Shown: positions 60,288 through 64,000 of the stretch, piece by piece
How the letters are laid out: each line of letters begins with the position of its first letter
Position numbering within the stretch: position 1 is the first letter of the stretch
NCBI GenBank assembly: GCA_963668675.2
Contig: CAXXMB010000002.1
Coordinates: forward strand, 576,001 to 640,000
Direction: 5' to 3'
Source: an uncultured Desulfatitalea sp.
GTDB taxonomy: Bacteria > Desulfobacterota > Desulfobacteria > Desulfobacterales > Desulfosarcinaceae
Length of the DNA: 64,000 nt
Program-made: the position numbers and the translations under genes
Notes under the pieces: model-generated
The model's database searches: none
What the model saw: the letters and a program-made list of their open reading frames with translations, nothing else
Told to the model about the DNA's origin: nothing

Positions 60288-62357
60288 TCAATCGGCAAGA
60301 TGAGCCGCCACCAGTTCAGACAAATCGATGGCTTCCATTTTACCTTCCAGACCGGCGACCTTGATTGCGTCTTCGATGTTGACCAGGCAGAAGGGGCAGG
60401 CCGTAACGATCACATTGGCACCAGCCTCCTCGGCCATCTGGACACGCAGAACGCCCATGCGTTGATCCTCTTCCGGTTCGTAAAAAAGCATCAAACCACC
60501 ACCGCCGCAGCAGAACGAGCGGTCGCGGCTGCGAAGCATATCGACCCGCTTTACACCCGGCAGCGCATCGATCAATTCACGCGGGTCTTCATAGATGGCG
60601 TTGTGGCGCCCTAAGTAACAGGGATCATGGTAGGTGTAAACCTTGTTGCCATTTTCGGCAGGCTTGAACGACAGCGTCCCCTTGCGGACCTGTTTGAGCA
60701 AGAACTGACTGATGTGTTCGACCGGCGGCAACCCCTCATAATCGTTTTTCAGTGCGTTGAGCGCGTGGGGATCCGTAGTGATTATTTTGGCCACACCAGA
60801 CGCTTTAATCATTTCAGTATTGTGCTCACGCAGGTCCTGGAATAGCATCTCTTCACCGAACCGGCGAACCTCGTTGCCGCTGTCTTTCTCTCCCTTACCC
60901 AGGATACCGAAATCAACGCCGGCCGAATGTAGCAACCTGGCCGTGGCCTGGCCGATGGACTGCATGCGATCGTCAAACGAGGTGATGCTGTCCACAAAGT
61001 AGAGTACTTCGGCCTCATCCTTGCCGCCGTTTAGATCCTTCACCGTTATGGACTCATCCAGCTCCTTGGTCCAATCGGCGCGCTTCTTCTCCATCTTGCC
61101 CCAGGGGTTTCCACGTTTTTCAAGAGCACTCAGCGGTTTCTGCAGCGATTGGGGCACCATTCCTTCGTCCACCATTCCGCGACGCAAGTCGACGATCTTG
61201 TCGATGTATTCGATACCAACCGGACACTCCTGCTCGCAGGCGCCGCAGGTGGTGCAGGACCAGATCTCATCCTCCGAATAGGTCGTACCGATCAAGTCAT
61301 CACCATTGCTCTTGGGCTCCCCCCAAACGGGGTACTTGGCGAACAGCAGGTTGCGCCCTTTGATCGAAATAAACCGGGGTGACAGGGGACGTCCCACGGC
61401 ATTGGCCGGGCAGTTGTCCGAGCAGCGCCCGCAATCCACACACGAGTAAAAGTGCAGCATATGCCGCCATGTAAAATCTTCCAGTTTCTTGACACCGAAA
61501 GACTCCAGGTCGTCCAACTGTTCGTTGCTGACGCCATATTTAACCGGCTTGACGTTGCCGCGTTGGACCCGCATCAGGAAGACATTGAATATCGACGTAA
61601 TGACATGGAAATGCTTGCCGAACGGCAGAAAGCAGAGAAAGAAGAAGAAGGTCACATCATGCACAAAATAGGAGGCGGAGTGGACGAATTGCAGCAGGCC
61701 TTTGGGCGCGGCTGCCAGCAGGTGCTGGGAGATCCAGGCCAGCGTAAACGGGGCCAGCGTGTGGGCCTCCATCCCGAGCTGCTTCTGGGCGGCCACCAGA
61801 CTGCCTTCGAAAAACCCCTCGGCCAGTACCAGGGTGGAAATGAGTCCCAGTACGAAAATCGCCTCTGCCGTGTGCGGCTTGCCATACTTGGCCGGTACGG
61901 CATAACGCGCCGGTTTGATGATCCCACGGCGATACATGGCCCAAACGGCCACGACCAGCACCCAGGTTGCGGCATAGGATCGGATGACCCCGTAAATCGC
62001 GCCGATGGTGCCATCCATTCCGGGCAGATGAAATCCCTCTTTAATGCCCACAAACATCAATTCGGTTGAACGCAGACCAAGAATAAGAAAACCGGAAAAA
62101 AGCAGGATGTGTAAAATACCAGCCGTCCTGTAACGCGGATGGCGGTATTGAAGGAGCCAGATTTTAATGACTTTGAAGACGCGCTGCGGCAATTCATTGA
62201 TCGGTTTGTCGGGGGCAGCCAAAATCAACGGCTTGAGACGCATCACGATGATATAGATGAAAAGGGTGATACCGACCACGGGAATGATGGTGTAAATGAG
62301 CCATGCGGGGATGAACAGAAAAGAGCCGCTAGCTGGTGGAATCAATGCGAAATCCAT
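60288..62357 (-). CDS. Membrane-bound Fe-S oxidoreductase (FadF/EMO type; probable ETF:menaquinone oxidoreductase)
   Basis: N-terminal TM cytochrome-b-like region (PFGKHFH), CVDCGRCSDNCP, CTTCGACEQECP, C-terminal CCG domain. Co-transcribed with etfBA. Confidence 0.88.
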   Translation of the reverse strand: MDFALIPPASGSFLFIPAWLIYTIIPVVGITLFIYIIVMRLKPLILAAPDKPINELPQRVFKVIKIWLLQYRHPRYRTAGILHILLFSGFLILGLRSTELMFVGIKEGFHLPGMDGTIGAIYGVIRSYAATWVLVVAVWAMYRRGIIKPARYAVPAKYGKPHTAEAIFVLGLISTLVLAEGFFEGSLVAAQKQLGMEAHTLAPFTLAWISQHLLAAAPKGLLQFVHSASYFVHDVTFFFFLCFLPFGKHFHVITSIFNVFLMRVQRGNVKPVKYGVSNEQLDDLESFGVKKLEDFTWRHMLHFYSCVDCGRCSDNCPANAVGRPLSPRFISIKGRNLLFAKYPVWGEPKSNGDDLIGTTYSEDEIWSCTTCGACEQECPVGIEYIDKIVDLRRGMVDEGMVPQSLQKPLSALEKRGNPWGKMEKKRADWTKELDESITVKDLNGGKDEAEVLYFVDSITSFDDRMQSIGQATARLLHSAGVDFGILGKGEKDSGNEVRRFGEEMLFQDLREHNTEMIKASGVAKIITTDPHALNALKNDYEGLPPVEHISQFLLKQVRKGTLSFKPAENGNKVYTYHDPCYLGRHNAIYEDPRELIDALPGVKRVDMLRSRDRSFCCGGGGLMLFYEPEEDQRMGVLRVQMAEEAGANVIVTACPFCLVNIEDAIKVAGLEGKMEAIDLSELVAAHLAD

Positions 62358-62399
62358 TGTTCGTCTATCTCCTTCTAATGAAATGATCTTCTAATTCGA

Positions 62400-62419
62400 A
62401 TGAATGAAGACTCATTCAT
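62400..62419. promoter_or_regulatory. Palindromic operator resembling a TetR-family FadR box
   Basis: ATGAATGA-AGAC-TCATTCAT, a perfect 8-bp dyad between the divergent emo-etfBA and fadD genes. Confidence 0.7.
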
Positions 62420-62722
62420 CTACTAATACAGGCCTTTGCTGTCAAGCAAAAAAAGGGCTGTAAATCCGATCATCTCACCTCACCATCACCCGATGAAGGC
62501 AAACCTCACAGGCCATTATGACACTTTTTTATTCTGTTTTTTAATGCAACACAAAAGCCTTGCGTGGTGAGAAGGACAATGGCGAAGACCCGAATGATTC
62601 TTGACAATACGGAGGATTCGCCATTACAAAACCTATTTATGATCGACCCGATTCACCCCCCCTAAAATTGCGGATATCATAAAGCGTGTTTCCATCCATC
62701 CAAAACTGACAAGGAGGTACAT

Positions 62723-64000
62723 GTGACAGCGACAGTGACCTATCAGGACAAACCCTGGTTGAAGCACTATCAACCCGGCGTTCCGGACGCACCCGACTAC
62801 GAAAACCTCTGTCTTCCCGATTTCCTGGATCGAACCGTCTCCCGCTTTCCCAACAAGATGGCACTCTATTTCGAGGGGTATAAACTCAATTATAGGCAAC
62901 TCAAGGATATGGTGGACCGGTTTGCCACCTGCCTGCACAATTTCGGCATACGCAAGGGCGATGCCGTGGCCATTCTGCTGCCCAATGTGATCCCGTGCGT
63001 CGCCGCCTATTACGCCATCCACCGCGTCGGCGGCATCGCGGTGATGAACAATCCACTCTACTCCGACCGGGAACTCGAACATCAGTTGAACGATTCTGGC
63101 TCAAAAGTGCTCATTACGATAGATCTGTTGACCAACCGCATGGTCAACTTACGGCCCAAAACCGGGATCAAGCAGATCATCTACACCAGCATTGGCGACT
63201 ACCTGCCTTTCCCCAAAAGCCTGCTCTTTCCCCTGGTGGGAAAAAAGAAGGGGTTAATGGCCGATGTGGCACCGGCTGACGAGCTTTACCGCTGGAAAGA
63301 CCTGATCGCCAAAAACCAGCCCGCGCCACCCAAGGTCGAGCTCTCCTTCGACGATGTGGCCATGTACCAGTACACAGGCGGCACAACGGGTGTCAGCAAA
63401 GGAGCCATGCTGACCCACGGCAACTTGAGCAAGCAGGTCCAGCAGGTGGCGGCCTGGTTCCCGCACATCGACGATGACAACGTGGCCATGGGAGCGCTGC
63501 CATTTTTCCATGTTTTCGGGCTGAGCAATGTCATGAACACTGCTGTCTACTATGGATGGAGCATCATCCTGATCCCCAAACCCCAGCCGGACCAACTGAT
63601 CGAATCGATCAAAAAGACCAAACCGTCGTTTGCCGCCCTGGTGCCCACCATGTATATCGGCATACTGCAGCACCCTGAAGCCGACAGTATCGACATGAGC
63701 ACCATCGACAATATGTTCTCAGGCAGCGCACCGCTGCCCGTTGAAGTGATCAAGGAGTTCGAGAACCGCACCAAGGGCATCATTGTAGAGGGCTATGGTC
63801 TGACGGAAAGCTCACCCACAACGCACATCAACCCCTGTGGAGAAGGCAGCCTGCGCAAAGTCGGCAGCATCGGCCTCCCTGTCTGCGATACCGAGTGCCG
63901 TATCGTGGATCTGAATGATGGCAAAACAGACATGCTGGTGGGTGAAAGCGGTGAACTGCTCATCAGAGGTCCCCAGGTGATGAAGGGCTATCTGAACCGC
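62723..64000 (+). CDS. fadD: Long-chain fatty-acid--CoA ligase (runs off window end)
   Basis: AAGGAGG RBS, GTG 62723. YQDKPWLKHY, MYQYTGGTTGVSKGAMLTH, ALPFFHVFG, SGSAPLP, EGYGLTE, GELLIRGPQVMKGY. Confidence 0.93.
   Translation, partial: MTATVTYQDKPWLKHYQPGVPDAPDYENLCLPDFLDRTVSRFPNKMALYFEGYKLNYRQLKDMVDRFATCLHNFGIRKGDAVAILLPNVIPCVAAYYAIHRVGGIAVMNNPLYSDRELEHQLNDSGSKVLITIDLLTNRMVNLRPKTGIKQIIYTSIGDYLPFPKSLLFPLVGKKKGLMADVAPADELYRWKDLIAKNQPAPPKVELSFDDVAMYQYTGGTTGVSKGAMLTHGNLSKQVQQVAAWFPHIDDDNVAMGALPFFHVFGLSNVMNTAVYYGWSIILIPKPQPDQLIESIKKTKPSFAALVPTMYIGILQHPEADSIDMSTIDNMFSGSAPLPVEVIKEFENRTKGIIVEGYGLTESSPTTHINPCGEGSLRKVGSIGLPVCDTECRIVDLNDGKTDMLVGESGELLIRGPQVMKGYLNR

Noticed and set aside
62721..62726. 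ATG-TGA minimal ORF at the fadD RBS
   Set aside because: It overlaps the in-frame GTG start at 62723. There is no evidence for a regulatory role, so it is treated as coincidence.

Overview
A GC-rich bacterial chromosome segment. Gene content points to an anaerobic sulfate-reducer of the Desulfobacterales type (inferred from PFOR, LutC/LdhH lactate oxidation, ETF plus a membrane Fe-S oxidoreductase, CooC, ADP-forming acetate-CoA ligase and FadD). About 45 CDS are recognisable, and I found no rRNA, tRNA or CRISPR array. Core metabolic genes flank an accessory-looking block at about 10.2-21.8 kb. That block holds a Na/Ca antiporter, a DUF2179-type membrane protein, a secreted aspartyl-type protease/7TM inactive transglutaminase/ATP-grasp glutamate-ligase operon, a diadenylate cyclase-YbbR fusion, an IS110 left-end relic with a folded leader, argP/argO, a truncated MarR and a DUF169 gene bracketed by MITE-like repeats. 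The best leads are: (1) a possible c-di-AMP-linked peptide-ligase/osmoadaptation module; (2) a CoA-transferase-GNAT fusion whose catalytic Glu appears replaced, next to an acyl-CoA ligase, suggesting a sensor-acetyltransferase; (3) tandem 7TM-PAS-HisKA proteins with no ATPase domain; (4) an orphan IS110 bridge-RNA-like leader; (5) several families of palindromic miniature elements; and (6) a 48-aa twin-CX3C micro-protein. All family calls come from motif recognition by eye, not from database searches.
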